A stretch of DNA of 64,000 nt from an uncultured Coriobacteriia bacterium (GTDB taxonomy: Bacteria > Actinomycetota > Coriobacteriia > Coriobacteriales > QAMH01), in the NCBI GenBank assembly GCA_902475535.1, contig CABRZR010000001.1:92677-156676 (forward strand), given 5' to 3'. Both the position numbers and the translations under genes were made by a program. The notes under the pieces were generated by a model. It was given only the letters and a program-made list of their open reading frames with translations. It searched no databases and was not told the origin of the DNA. Shown here piece after piece: positions 8,915 through 17,797 of this stretch; position 1 is the first letter of the stretch, and every line of letters begins with the position of its first letter.

Positions 8915-10417
8915 ATGACTAACGTACTCGAGTGGCTCGAGAAACGGGCGCAGGAAATGCCCGACAAGGTCGCGTTTGCCGACGAGCACGACGAGGTGAG
9001 CTTCCTCGACCTCATGCGACGCGCCCGTTCCGTTGGCTCCTATCTTGCCGGCATCGTCGACGAGCGCAGCCCCATCGCCTGCTACATGGAGAAGAGCACC
9101 CAGACACTCGCGGCCATGCTCGGCGCCGTCTACGCTCGTTGCTGCTATTCGATTATCGACGTGCGTCAGCCGGCGTCACGCGCCCGCGCCATCGTCGATA
9201 AGCTCGCTGCTCCCGTCGTGCTTGCGGATGCGAAGAACTTTGATGCCGCATGGGAGGCCTTCGATGGCTACCTGGTGATATGCCTCGAGGATATCGTCGA
9301 CACGCGTGCCGATAGCAGCCTGCTTGCCAAGCGCCGTGCCGCCTCGCTCGACACCGACCCGCTGTATATCAACTTCACGTCGGGCTCCACGGGCACCCCC
9401 AAGGGGGTCGTCGTGAGTCACCGCTCCGTCATCGACTTCATCCCGTCGTTCACCTCGATTTTCGACATCACGAAAGACGATGTGCTAGCCAATCAGGCGC
9501 CTTTCGACTTCGATGTGTCGGTCAAGGATATCTACGGCGGTCTCGCTACGGGCGCGACCGTGCAGATGATCCCGCGCGAGTACTTTAGCGTTCCCGTGAA
9601 CCTCATGGACTTCCTTGTCGAGCGCGAGGTCACCGTTTGCACCTGGGCCGTGAGCGCGATGTGCTTCGTCTCCATGATGGGTGGCTTCGAGTATTGCGTG
9701 CCCACAACGATTCGCGCGGTCATCTTCAGCGGCGAGGTCATGCCGCCCAAGCAGCTTGCCGTGTGGCGCGAGGCGCTGCCCGATGCCATGTTCGTGAACG
9801 TGTACGGCCCCACCGAGGTAACCTGCAACTGCACCTACCACATCATCGTGCGCGACTACGCAAAGGATGAGGTCATTCCCATGGGTAGGCCCTTCCCCAA
9901 CGAACACGTCTTCCTTCTTGACGACGATGACCGGCTCGTTGACGAGCCCGGCGTCGAGGGTGAGCTTTGCGTTGTCGGCACCTGCCTGGCGCTCGGTTAC
10001 TACAATGATCCCGAGAAGACTGCCGAAGTCTTCGTGCAGAACCCCCTCACGCAGGCATTTCCCGAGACGATGTACCGCACGGGTGACGTGGCCGTGCTCG
10101 ACGAGGCAGGACGATTCGTGTATCGCGGTCGTAAGGATCACCAGATCAAGCACCTGGGTCAACGCATCGAGCTCGGTGAAATCGATGCCGCGGCGCACGC
10201 GGTCGAGGGCGTGAAGCGTGCTTGCACGGTCTACGAACCGCGCAAGAAGCGCATTCTCATGTTCTATGCCGGCTCCTGTGACAAGGAAGCTCTTGCCGAT
10301 GCGCTCAAGGCGTCCCTGCCGCAATACATGGTGCCCAACAAGATCCGACAGCTGGATGGCATGCCCCTCACCAAGAACGGCAAGATCGACCGCCAGGCGC
10401 TCCTCGATATAGAATGA
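8915..10417 (+). CDS. DltA-like adenylate-forming enzyme (amino acid--carrier protein ligase)
   Basis: 500 aa, the size of DltA. The AMP-binding core motif is YINFTSGSTGTPKGVVVSH. Later motifs are YGPTE, YRTGD and GRKDHQIKHLGQRIELGEI. Confidence 0.8.
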   Translation: MTNVLEWLEKRAQEMPDKVAFADEHDEVSFLDLMRRARSVGSYLAGIVDERSPIACYMEKSTQTLAAMLGAVYARCCYSIIDVRQPASRARAIVDKLAAPVVLADAKNFDAAWEAFDGYLVICLEDIVDTRADSSLLAKRRAASLDTDPLYINFTSGSTGTPKGVVVSHRSVIDFIPSFTSIFDITKDDVLANQAPFDFDVSVKDIYGGLATGATVQMIPREYFSVPVNLMDFLVEREVTVCTWAVSAMCFVSMMGGFEYCVPTTIRAVIFSGEVMPPKQLAVWREALPDAMFVNVYGPTEVTCNCTYHIIVRDYAKDEVIPMGRPFPNEHVFLLDDDDRLVDEPGVEGELCVVGTCLALGYYNDPEKTAEVFVQNPLTQAFPETMYRTGDVAVLDEAGRFVYRGRKDHQIKHLGQRIELGEIDAAAHAVEGVKRACTVYEPRKKRILMFYAGSCDKEALADALKASLPQYMVPNKIRQLDGMPLTKNGKIDRQALLDIE

Positions 10418-10447
10418 GACAAAACCCGCCGGGTCACTTTTGTCTCA
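10415..10447. repeat. Family-C palindrome
   Basis: TGAGACAAAACCCGCCGGGTCACTTTTGTCTCA. Its first TGA is the stop codon of the DltA-like gene. Confidence 0.85.
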
Positions 10448-10464
10448 TTTTCGGAGGATGTGAC

Positions 10465-11649
10465 ATGAACAACAGCGAGCTTCTCGAGATTGCCGAGGAA
10501 TACGGCACGCCCACCTTCGTCTTCGATGTGCGGGAGTTCTGGCAGCGCCTCGATAAGATTGCCGACATCTTCGGCGAGGACGTGCGCCTCTGCTTCGCGA
10601 TGAAGGCCAACCCCTTCCTTGCGGCCGCCGCAGCCGATCACGGGGAGCGCCTTGAGGTGTGCAGCCCCGGCGAGCTCGCCATTTGCGAGGACGTTGGCAT
10701 CTCCGCAAACCAGATCGTGTATTCGGGCGTGAACAAGCAGGCCAGCGATATCGCTCGCGCCATCGCCTACCGTGTCGGCGTGCTCACGGCCGAGTCGAAG
10801 CTCCACGTCGAGCTCATCGAGCAGTGCGCGGCACAAGCCCAGACCACAGTGGACGTGTTGCTGCGCCTCAATGCCGGGAGTCAGTTCGGTATGTCGAAGG
10901 ACGACTTGCTCGAGGTCATCGACCAGCGCGAGAGCTACCCGCATCTCAACATCGTGGGGCTGCATTACTTCGTGGGCACGCAGCGCAAGAAGCTCAAGCA
11001 CCAGATTCGTGAGCTCGAGAAGTTGCGTGCGTTGATTGCGGAGCTGGAAGACGAGCACGGCTTCGAGGTGCAGCGCCTCGAGTACGGTCCCGGTCTGGCC
11101 GTGCCGTACTTTGCAGACGATGACTTCACGGACGATCTTGCACCGGCCCGCGAGTTGACCCCGTACATCCAGGAACTTGGACGCGATGTAGAGGTCACGG
11201 TCGAGATGGGCCGCTTCTTCTCCGCTTCGTGTGGCACCTACCTTACGCGCGTTGCCGACCTCAAGGAAAACGACGGCACGAACTACTGCATCCTCGACGG
11301 CGGCATCAATCATCTTACGTATGCCGGACAGGTCATGGGCCTCAAGGTGCCCGTGACCGTCAACCTCTCGGCGATGGCCGATGCCATGCGTGCGCAGGAT
11401 ACGCGGAGCTGGACGCTCTGCGGCAGCCTCTGCACCGTCAACGACGTGCTCGTGCGCGAGGTCGAGCTCGATTCGCTCGAGATGGGTGATGTGCTCGCGT
11501 TCGCCAACGCCGGCGCGTATTCCGTGACCGAGGGTGTCCACCTGTTTTTGAGCCGCACGATGCCGCGCGTGGTCTTGCGCTATGATGGCGGAAGCGAGCT
11601 TGCCCGCGATTTCATCGAGACGAGCACGCTCAACACACCGCAAAAATGA
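10465..11649 (+). CDS. PLP-dependent decarboxylase, Orn/DAP/Arg decarboxylase (alanine-racemase fold) family
   Basis: YGTPTFVFD, the PLP-lysine motif CFAMKANP, ILDGGINHL and CGSLCTVNDV are all present. The ATG at 10465 follows a GGAGGA RBS. The upstream part of the 10414 ORF is repeat sequence. Confidence 0.8.
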   Translation: MNNSELLEIAEEYGTPTFVFDVREFWQRLDKIADIFGEDVRLCFAMKANPFLAAAAADHGERLEVCSPGELAICEDVGISANQIVYSGVNKQASDIARAIAYRVGVLTAESKLHVELIEQCAAQAQTTVDVLLRLNAGSQFGMSKDDLLEVIDQRESYPHLNIVGLHYFVGTQRKKLKHQIRELEKLRALIAELEDEHGFEVQRLEYGPGLAVPYFADDDFTDDLAPARELTPYIQELGRDVEVTVEMGRFFSASCGTYLTRVADLKENDGTNYCILDGGINHLTYAGQVMGLKVPVTVNLSAMADAMRAQDTRSWTLCGSLCTVNDVLVREVELDSLEMGDVLAFANAGAYSVTEGVHLFLSRTMPRVVLRYDGGSELARDFIETSTLNTPQK

Positions 11650-11675
11650 GACAGTTGCTCTGAGCAACTGTCTCA
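11647..11675. repeat. Family-B palindrome
   Basis: TGAGACAGTTGCTC-T-GAGCAACTGTCTCA. Its first TGA is the decarboxylase stop codon. Confidence 0.9.
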
Positions 11676-11718
11676 TTAGCAACAGGGTCCGGCACAAGAA
11701 TTGACGAGAGGAAGCACC

Positions 11719-11964
11719 ATGGACGACATCACGCTTGAGGCCATCATCGACCTGCTCAAGGACGTTGAGGAAAACGTTGACTACGAGAACTGCACCGCAC
11801 TGGTCGACGAGCGCTTCCTCGACTCCTTCGACATTCTCGCGATCATCAATGCCATTGACGACGAGTTCGACATCGCCGTGCCAGCCAAGGAAGTCGTCCC
11901 GGCAAACTTCAACAGCGCCCAGGGAATCTACGAGATGGTGCTGCGCCTAGCCGAAGAGGAGTAG
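11719..11964 (+). CDS. Acyl/D-alanyl carrier protein-like (PP-binding)
   Basis: 81-aa acidic protein. Its phosphopantetheine-site motif FLDSFDILAIINAIDDEF resembles the DltC LDSMG region. The RBS is GAGAGGAAG. Confidence 0.7.
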   Translation: MDDITLEAIIDLLKDVEENVDYENCTALVDERFLDSFDILAIINAIDDEFDIAVPAKEVVPANFNSAQGIYEMVLRLAEEE

Positions 11965-11985
11965 GGCGTAGTCACCGCCATTGCC

Positions 11986-12315
11986 CTAGGCGATGCCCAT
12001 CGCGCAATCTGCCGTGATGGGTTCGATCGCCTCGATGTCGTCGCGATGCTCCTCGAGCGACTTCCATATGTCGACCTTGGCCTGCATATTCATCCAGAAC
12101 TGCGGGGTCGTGCCGAAGAGGCGCCCCAGGCGCAGGCACATGTCGGGGCTCAGGGCGCGCTTCTCGCGCACGATGTCGTTGATGGTTTGGCGGGTGACCC
12201 CGATCCGCTGGGCCAGGCCTGCGACCGTGAGCCCGAGCTCCGGCATGTACTCCTCGCGCAGAAACTCGCCAGGATGGATTGGCTCGCGCGAAACCACGAT
12301 CATCTCATCATCCAT
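11986..12315 (-). CDS. higA: HigA-family antitoxin (XRE HTH)
   Basis: IHPGEFLREEYMPELGLTVAGLAQRIGVTRQTINDIVREKRALSPDMCLRLGRLFGTTPQFWMNMQ is a classic HigA/VapI pattern. Confidence 0.85.
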   Translation of the reverse strand: MDDEMIVVSREPIHPGEFLREEYMPELGLTVAGLAQRIGVTRQTINDIVREKRALSPDMCLRLGRLFGTTPQFWMNMQAKVDIWKSLEEHRDDIEAIEPITADCAMGIA

Positions 12316-12324
12316 GAACCCTCC

Positions 12325-12606
12325 TCAGTGATAGTCGCAAATCTCGACGTCATACACGCCGTCGTCAGCGAAGCGAAAGCAAACGCGCCATTGGTCGTTG
12401 ATGGAGACGGCATGCTGACCGGCACGGTTGCCCGCGAGCGCGTGCAGCCTGTTTCCCGGGGGCAGACGCAGGTCGAGAAGCGTCATCGCGTTGTCGATGA
12501 GCTCGAGCTTCCTGAGCGCGCGCCGCAAGATGTCCGGCGGGAGCTCCTTGCTCCGGCCCGTTTCAAACAGAAGGCGCGTGTCGCTGCTGGCGAAACTCCG
12601 TATCAT
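12325..12606 (-). CDS. higB: HigB toxin (RelE/ParE superfamily, plasmid maintenance system killer)
   Basis: MIRSFASSDTRLLFETGRSKELPPDILRRALRKLELIDNA...LHALAGNRAGQHAVSINDQWRVCFRF. It lies 9 nt upstream of higA. The internal ATG at 12606 was chosen as the start. Confidence 0.8.
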   Translation of the reverse strand: MIRSFASSDTRLLFETGRSKELPPDILRRALRKLELIDNAMTLLDLRLPPGNRLHALAGNRAGQHAVSINDQWRVCFRFADDGVYDVEICDYH

Positions 12607-12714
12607 GCAGTCTCCAATCCTTTTGGAGTGTAACATGTAACGTGACGCATTACAATGCGAAAGGGACAAAGCCCCCTCCCCGTCATCCCACCTCGACGAG
12701 TGCAGCACTCCAGG

Positions 12715-12802
12715 TTGTCATTTCGAGCGAAGCGCACAGCCCCCCCCATTGTCATTTCGAGCGGAGCGGCCGCTAGGTCGCGAAGTCGAGAAATCTCACC
12801 CC
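12715..12802. repeat. Family-E element (one and a half units)
   Basis: TTGTCATTTCGAGCGAAGCG...CCCCCCCC, then TTGTCATTTCGAGCGGAGCGGCCGCTAGGTCGCGAAGTCGAGAAATCTCACCCC. Confidence 0.85.
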
Positions 12803-12883
12803 GAGCATGTCCGATCTTGGTCGGCAAAAATTCGGTGATTCGACCGAAAACGTTCGGCGTTTTTGTTAGATTCGCCTGCAATC

Positions 12884-13783
12884 ATGGGGGTCAAGACCAT
12901 GTCGATGAAGCTTGGAGGACCGATGGATAGCAAGGAGATAGAGAAGCGCAGGTTGACGCTCGATGATCACATGCACCACACGAAGGACGGCGTGGAGTTT
13001 TGGTACGCGCGAGAAGTAATGGGGGTCTTCGGATATACCCAATGGCGCAGGTTCGAGGAGACGATAAAGCGTGCCATGATATCGCTCGAGTCTAGCAAAA
13101 CCCCTGTTAGTGACCATTTTGCCGACATTGGCAAAATGGTTCCTCTCGGGAGTGGCGCGGAGCGATTAGTAAAGGACTACATGCTCACGCGCTATGCCTG
13201 CTACCTCATCGCGCAAAACGGCGATCCGCACAAGGAGGAAATAGCATTTGCTCAGAGCTACTTCGCCCTTCAAACGCGCAAGCAAGAGCTCATCGAGCAG
13301 CGCATGTTGGAGCTGCGCAGGCTTACGGAGAGAGATGCCCTTACGGAGTCCGAGAAGGTGCTTGCCGCCATAGCCTTCGAGCGAGGTGTGGATCAGCGGG
13401 GGTTCGCGACCATTAAATCAAAGGGGGACGAGGTCTTGTTCGGCGGAAACAAAACGAAGGCCATGAAGAAACGCCTTGGCGTGCCCGAGAAGAAGCCCCT
13501 TGCCGATGTTCTTCCCGACGTGACCATGGCAGCCAAGAACCTCGCGAACTCAATGACGCCACACAACGCCGAGTCGAAGGATCTGCGCGGTGTGAGGCAA
13601 ATCGGCGATGAGCACCTCCAGAACAATAAGAGCGTGCGCGGCACTCTCGTGGCGCGCGGCATCAAGCCGGAAGATTTGCCACCGGAGGAGGATGCAAAGA
13701 AGCTGAAGCGCAGGGTGGAGGCAGACGAGCGAAAGCTCAGGCAAGACGCGTCCGGGTTCGGGCCGGCGCCCCAGGACCTATAG
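12884..13783 (+). CDS. dinD: DNA-damage-inducible protein D (DinD-like)
   Basis: It is colinear with E. coli DinD as I remember it: ...WYAREVMGVFGY..., DHFADIGKMVPLGSGAERLVKDYMLTRYACYLIAQNGDP..., AQSYFALQTRKQEL. The start is uncertain (12863-12923). Confidence 0.75.
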   Translation: MGVKTMSMKLGGPMDSKEIEKRRLTLDDHMHHTKDGVEFWYAREVMGVFGYTQWRRFEETIKRAMISLESSKTPVSDHFADIGKMVPLGSGAERLVKDYMLTRYACYLIAQNGDPHKEEIAFAQSYFALQTRKQELIEQRMLELRRLTERDALTESEKVLAAIAFERGVDQRGFATIKSKGDEVLFGGNKTKAMKKRLGVPEKKPLADVLPDVTMAAKNLANSMTPHNAESKDLRGVRQIGDEHLQNNKSVRGTLVARGIKPEDLPPEEDAKKLKRRVEADERKLRQDASGFGPAPQDL

Positions 13784-13790
13784 GCATAGA

Positions 13791-13846
13791 CCCCTTCTGT
13801 CATTTCGAGCGAAGGCGTGTAGCGCCGTAGTCGAGAAATCTCCTGC
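13791..13846. repeat. Family-E element
   Basis: CCCCTTCTGTCATTTCGAGCGAAGGCGTGTAGCGCCGTAGTCGAGAAATCTCC. Confidence 0.85.
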
Positions 13847-13897
13847 CAATCATCTGCGGACATCAGTGACATCCCCCAACCGCCCACCGCCGCAAAA

Positions 13898-13913
13898 TTT
13901 GTTGCGCAACAGA
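13898..13913. promoter_or_regulatory. TTTGTTGCGCAACAGA palindrome (candidate operator, site 1)
   Basis: Core TGTTGCGCAACA is a perfect 12-bp palindrome about 130 bp upstream of the CDS at 14045. About 30 bp of context is shared with site 2. Confidence 0.4.
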
Positions 13914-14044
13914 ATTCACCCCCCCCCCCTTATTCTTAAACAGATTTGGATTGTTCCCATGGCTGGACGCTAGGGAACCAGAACAAGAGGCTGCCTTGGG
14001 ATATAAAGGCCCTTGCGTATTTTTCGACAAAGGGAGGCATTATC

Positions 14045-14353
14045 ATGAGTTCCTACGCTTATTCTTCCACTGCTTCTTCCAGCACAAGCGGTGTTTTAAT
14101 CATCCTTCTGTTCATCGTTGCGATTGTGGTGCTTGTGGCATGGCTCGTTGCCACAAAGATGTTCATTGATCTTGCTCAAAAGAAAGACCCGCGGTTTTAT
14201 AGGACGGGGGTACTGTGGTTTGTCGGCATTTTCGCAACACCGATTGTCGTCGGTTTGTATGTATGTGCGATGACCGACAAGCGGAGCGCCACCTCCTCTG
14301 CCAACAACCGAAATGATGCAGATGCCCTTAACAGGGAACTTCCGTCTATCTAA
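14045..14353 (+). CDS. Small 2-TM membrane protein (PLD_N-like), paralog of 17798..18079
   Basis: RBS AAGGGAGG. Two TM helices are present. The motif VLWFVGIFATPIVVGLYVCAM resembles PLDc_N small proteins. It ends in ELPSI, while the paralog ends in ELPSV. Confidence 0.6.
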   Translation: MSSYAYSSTASSSTSGVLIILLFIVAIVVLVAWLVATKMFIDLAQKKDPRFYRTGVLWFVGIFATPIVVGLYVCAMTDKRSATSSANNRNDADALNRELPSI

Positions 14354-14362
14354 GGTGTAGCC

Positions 14363-15895
14363 GTGAGCGATTACAAAGTTGTTTTTCGAGAAGATAGTCA
14401 AAGCGATAATGCGACTGGAATAATGTGGGAGGAAAACTGCCCCATCCTAATTGAGGCAATTCAAGTATCCCGCGATGTTCAGACGGGCGAAGCATATCTC
14501 CAGCTGAAGTTTCGTAACGTTAGCAGTGAAGAGGTCTGTTCCCTTAAGGCGACGGCTATAGCAACCTTTGAAAATGGGGAGAGAGAAGACGTCGAAATAG
14601 TTCTATTGGATGCAGATGTGGAGCCAGGGAGAATCCGTAAGCCAGCTCCGATCCTTCTCAAGCGCGGGGACGTTTCCGAGGTCAGCGTAAAAATATGCTC
14701 CCTCAAGCTTCCATCTGGAGACTGGAAGTCGACGAAAAAAACGATACCTGTCCCCCGACCGAAGCAGGCTCGTCTTTCCGATAAGGCGCAAACGGAGCGC
14801 TCCCTCCAGTGGCATCCTAATCCCTCCGATTCCAAGATGCTCTACAAGGACTTCGCACTGGACAAGGAAATTGACGATCGCGAATCATGGTGGGTTTGCC
14901 CCTGTGGACAACTGAACGTCAATCGCGAGGATTGTCTGCTATGCAACACCCCAAAAACCTTCTGGCGCGAACATCCTGCTGACAACGACCGGCTTGAAAA
15001 AGAGGCGGACGAAAGAGCAGAAAAAGAGGCAGAGGAGCGAGCGCTGCAGGAAGCCGAGCAGAAGGAAAGAGCGAAAAAGAACAAGCGAATCAGGCGCATC
15101 GTGCTCACTACGAGCTTGATCGTCGTTGCCGTTATTCTTGCTATCGTGGCGGTGTTTCAAATCGTGCGTTGCGTTGTTCCCGGTGCTTATGTTGTCACCC
15201 GCTGCACGACTACGGATAGCAAAGGAAACAAGGAAACCATCGAGTACGAGCTCGATGACCGTGGGAATGTAGTAAAAGAGATAGAAGATGGGGACAAGTC
15301 TGAATGTACATATGAGCGCGATGACTACGGAGTTGTCACGAGAATGGACGATAATGAATTTGTAGTCGAGTCAGTCGATGATGGTGGGCAACCCACCAAG
15401 ATCAAGTGTTACTTTGTAGTCGAGTCAGTCGATGATGATGGACAGCCCACCAAGATCAAGTCTCAAACGAGAGAATGCAATATAGAGTGGTTTGGGGAGG
15501 GAAAAATACGCAGCATAGAATGGACCTCCTACGATGACCCAACCCGTTTCTCCAGCGATAGCTACAACGAAAACGGAGAGCTCCTAGCTTCAGATTATGG
15601 CCATTCTGATCACACTGTTGATCACGATAGCTATTCGTATGAATATGACTCAAGTGGGCGCGTAATAGCCGATACAGAAACCGGGGAATACGATTATCAG
15701 GGCGTGCCGCATTCCTATGACATCACGACAAAGTATACCTACGACAATCACGGCAACGTGATTAGGGCAGAGTCAGAACGCGGCACGAGTGTTACCGAAT
15801 GGGAATACACCTACGTAATGAACCCGTCTCCCGCCGCAATGGTGAAAAGCAGGTGTTTCCTGGGACAGGAGAGGCTCCTATCACCTCCGTTTTAG
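14363..15895 (+). CDS. Zinc-ribbon single-pass membrane protein with a YD/RHS-like repeat ectodomain, paralog of 18088..19683
   Basis: The N-terminal domain of about 130 aa is alignable with 18088 (MSDYKVVFRED / MSEYKVIFRAD). A WWVCPCGQLNVNREDCLLC zinc ribbon, an E/K/R coiled segment and a TM helix follow. YD-type repeats include YEYDSSGRVIAD and YTYDNHGNVIRAE. Confidence 0.65.
   Translation: MSDYKVVFREDSQSDNATGIMWEENCPILIEAIQVSRDVQTGEAYLQLKFRNVSSEEVCSLKATAIATFENGEREDVEIVLLDADVEPGRIRKPAPILLKRGDVSEVSVKICSLKLPSGDWKSTKKTIPVPRPKQARLSDKAQTERSLQWHPNPSDSKMLYKDFALDKEIDDRESWWVCPCGQLNVNREDCLLCNTPKTFWREHPADNDRLEKEADERAEKEAEERALQEAEQKERAKKNKRIRRIVLTTSLIVVAVILAIVAVFQIVRCVVPGAYVVTRCTTTDSKGNKETIEYELDDRGNVVKEIEDGDKSECTYERDDYGVVTRMDDNEFVVESVDDGGQPTKIKCYFVVESVDDDGQPTKIKSQTRECNIEWFGEGKIRSIEWTSYDDPTRFSSDSYNENGELLASDYGHSDHTVDHDSYSYEYDSSGRVIADTETGEYDYQGVPHSYDITTKYTYDNHGNVIRAESERGTSVTEWEYTYVMNPSPAAMVKSRCFLGQERLLSPPF
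15359..15470 (+). repeat. Tandem duplication of about 54-57 bp inside CDS 14363..15895
   Basis: TTTGTAGTCGAGTCAGTCGATGATGGTGGGCAACCCACCAAGATCAAG is repeated immediately with a few changes. The protein reads FVVESVDDGGQPTKIK / FVVESVDDDGQPTKIK. Confidence 0.9.
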
Positions 15896-15984
15896 CGAAG
15901 TACATAACGACCCATCTCCTTCGTCCATGTCGGTGATGATGTAGCGGACGCTTTTGTCCAGCCCCGCCGCTTGCCGCCGCGAAA

Positions 15985-16000
15985 TTTGTTGCGCAACAGA
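15985..16000. promoter_or_regulatory. TTTGTTGCGCAACAGA palindrome (candidate operator, site 2)
   Basis: The 16-mer is identical to site 1 and lies about 110 bp upstream of the CDS at 16112. The flank GCCGCCGCGAAA resembles the site 1 flank. Confidence 0.4.
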
Positions 16001-16111
16001 ATCGAGAAATTCTCCAATACGATGCCCTCCATAGCACGCATCCAATCATGCTGCTTTTTGGCTTATAGCAGGACTGCTTCGCTCGCTATAGCCGTAATCG
16101 AAAGGGAGGAC

Positions 16112-17056
16112 ATGATGGTGAAAAAACGTATGGGTAAAGCACGTATTCTGCTTCTCTTTCTGGCAGCAGTAATCGTGGTGTTTGCGTTTGTGGGCTGTGG
16201 CGGTGGTATTACCTCATCGAGTCTTGATGGCTATTGGATAGTGGAGCCGCAATCTGCATCAGATAAAGATTTGAAGGAAAAAGGAGTGTTCACGGTCTAC
16301 CAGTTTGAGGGAGAGAACACTTTCAGGTTGATTCTTCAGGTCCGCGGTGTAGAAGATTTCGTGAGAGAGGGAACTTATGAAATCAGAAACGGAAAGGTCT
16401 ATGTAAACCTTCCCGAAACCAGTGTGGGTTCCGGAACAGTCTCAGCTCACGGTGAAGCCATAGAAAACGCCGAGATTACAGTCAACGGCGAAACGCTAAA
16501 AACAACTGCGATAGCAACCAATGGTGCAGAGACCATCGCAAACAAGGTTACAGATGCGCAATACCAAGAGGAAGTCGCAGCCGCTGCGGCTCTTGGTCCC
16601 CAGAAGATTTCTATTGGCGAGAGCATAACAACGACGACCGCGGTTTTCACTGTAGACTCCATGGCTTTTGTTGATGAGATATACCCTTCAGACACATCCG
16701 GTTACTACACCTATATGTCAAAGCAAGACGGCCAGTCGTATCTCCTGGCAAGCGTTACCTATATGAATCCTGCCACGGAATACGAGGTGCCGGGCTATGC
16801 GACCCAAGCCTCCTTCTCCGTGGGCGGCAATACCTATGAAGCCGAGATAGAAATTGACGCGGGGTCCCGCTTTGGTCCGAGCTATAGGGTCGAGGCAAAG
16901 GAGACGTCGCGCATGTACATATACTGCCTGGTTCCAGATGCCGTGAAAGATGCCGGCGAAGTTAAGCTGACCTGGAGCATTCCCAACGAGCAGTCTTATA
17001 TGACTACCTACTACAGATCCTCGTATCCCCACGACGAGTTTTCCGTGGCGATGTAG
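16112..17056 (+). CDS. Lipoprotein with a DUF4352-like C-terminal domain
   Basis: RBS AAGGGAGGA. The lipobox is LLLFLAAVIVVFAFVGC-GGG. The C-terminal beta-rich region (VFTVDSMAFVD...LLASVTYMN...KLTWSIPN) resembles DUF4352 immunoprotective domains. Confidence 0.6.
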   Translation: MMVKKRMGKARILLLFLAAVIVVFAFVGCGGGITSSSLDGYWIVEPQSASDKDLKEKGVFTVYQFEGENTFRLILQVRGVEDFVREGTYEIRNGKVYVNLPETSVGSGTVSAHGEAIENAEITVNGETLKTTAIATNGAETIANKVTDAQYQEEVAAAAALGPQKISIGESITTTTAVFTVDSMAFVDEIYPSDTSGYYTYMSKQDGQSYLLASVTYMNPATEYEVPGYATQASFSVGGNTYEAEIEIDAGSRFGPSYRVEAKETSRMYIYCLVPDAVKDAGEVKLTWSIPNEQSYMTTYYRSSYPHDEFSVAM

Positions 17057-17136
17057 GTAAAGGCCTGGTGTCATGGCGATGCTGTTTGAAATCCCCATAT
17101 TACCCACTGCGAACAAGGCAGTCTGGAGGGTAAACG

Positions 17137-17718
17137 ATGAGTGACAATGACAATGCTGTCGAAACTCCCCCTATGGTCGAGGATGCCCCCAGCGTCCCCG
17201 CCCCATCGACCGTTCGCGAGAAGGCGCCGCAGCCATCTCCCGAAAACGTCAGCTCTCCTAAGAACGAAAAGCGTCAGAAGAAGACTGTCCTGATTGTCGT
17301 TATCGCCGTCGCGGTCGTAGTTGTGCTATTGGCGGCTATTGGCATCAGCCAGTGTGCGTTTTTCGCCACTCCCGAACAACATGCTCGACAGTTGCTAATC
17401 GGGAAATGGGAGGGTTATGGCACGAGCGTCAATGGGAAAACAAATGCGGTGACTCCAAATTCGATGACAGTGGAGTTTTCGAATGATGGCTTCAAATTGA
17501 ATCTAAAGGATTCAAAGGGCGTGACTTCGTATAGTGGCGGAAAGGACGACTGGAATGTCCGCGAAACGGGTGAGGACGTCGACGATATTTCCTACACGAT
17601 TGATCTCGAAGGAAAGTTCTTTAATGGCCAGCTTCATCTCGACGAAACTGAAGAGGAAATGTACCTCTTCATGAGCTCGATAGATGATTCGCTCATTATG
17701 GTGTTTAAGCGAGCGTGA
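17137..17718 (+). CDS. Membrane-anchored hypothetical protein (N-in, single TM, lipocalin-like ectodomain)
   Basis: RBS GGAGGG. A Pro-rich N-terminus is followed by the TM helix VLIVVIAVAVVVVLLAAIGI. I recognise no family. Confidence 0.5.
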   Translation: MSDNDNAVETPPMVEDAPSVPAPSTVREKAPQPSPENVSSPKNEKRQKKTVLIVVIAVAVVVVLLAAIGISQCAFFATPEQHARQLLIGKWEGYGTSVNGKTNAVTPNSMTVEFSNDGFKLNLKDSKGVTSYSGGKDDWNVRETGEDVDDISYTIDLEGKFFNGQLHLDETEEEMYLFMSSIDDSLIMVFKRA

Positions 17719-17797
17719 TGCTTTTCTTGGATTTGCGGGAACAGCTCTTCCAACTTCCGTTGCACCAACCTCATCAACAGGAAAGGAAATTATCGTC

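Noticed and set aside
12715-12802. A possible miniature CRISPR array, with TTGTCATTTCGAGCG(A/G)AGCG repeated twice about 34 bp apart.
   Set aside because: There are only two units and no cas genes. The same sequence occurs singly and in both orientations at many other sites, including inside comF. It is a dispersed repeat family, not a CRISPR array.
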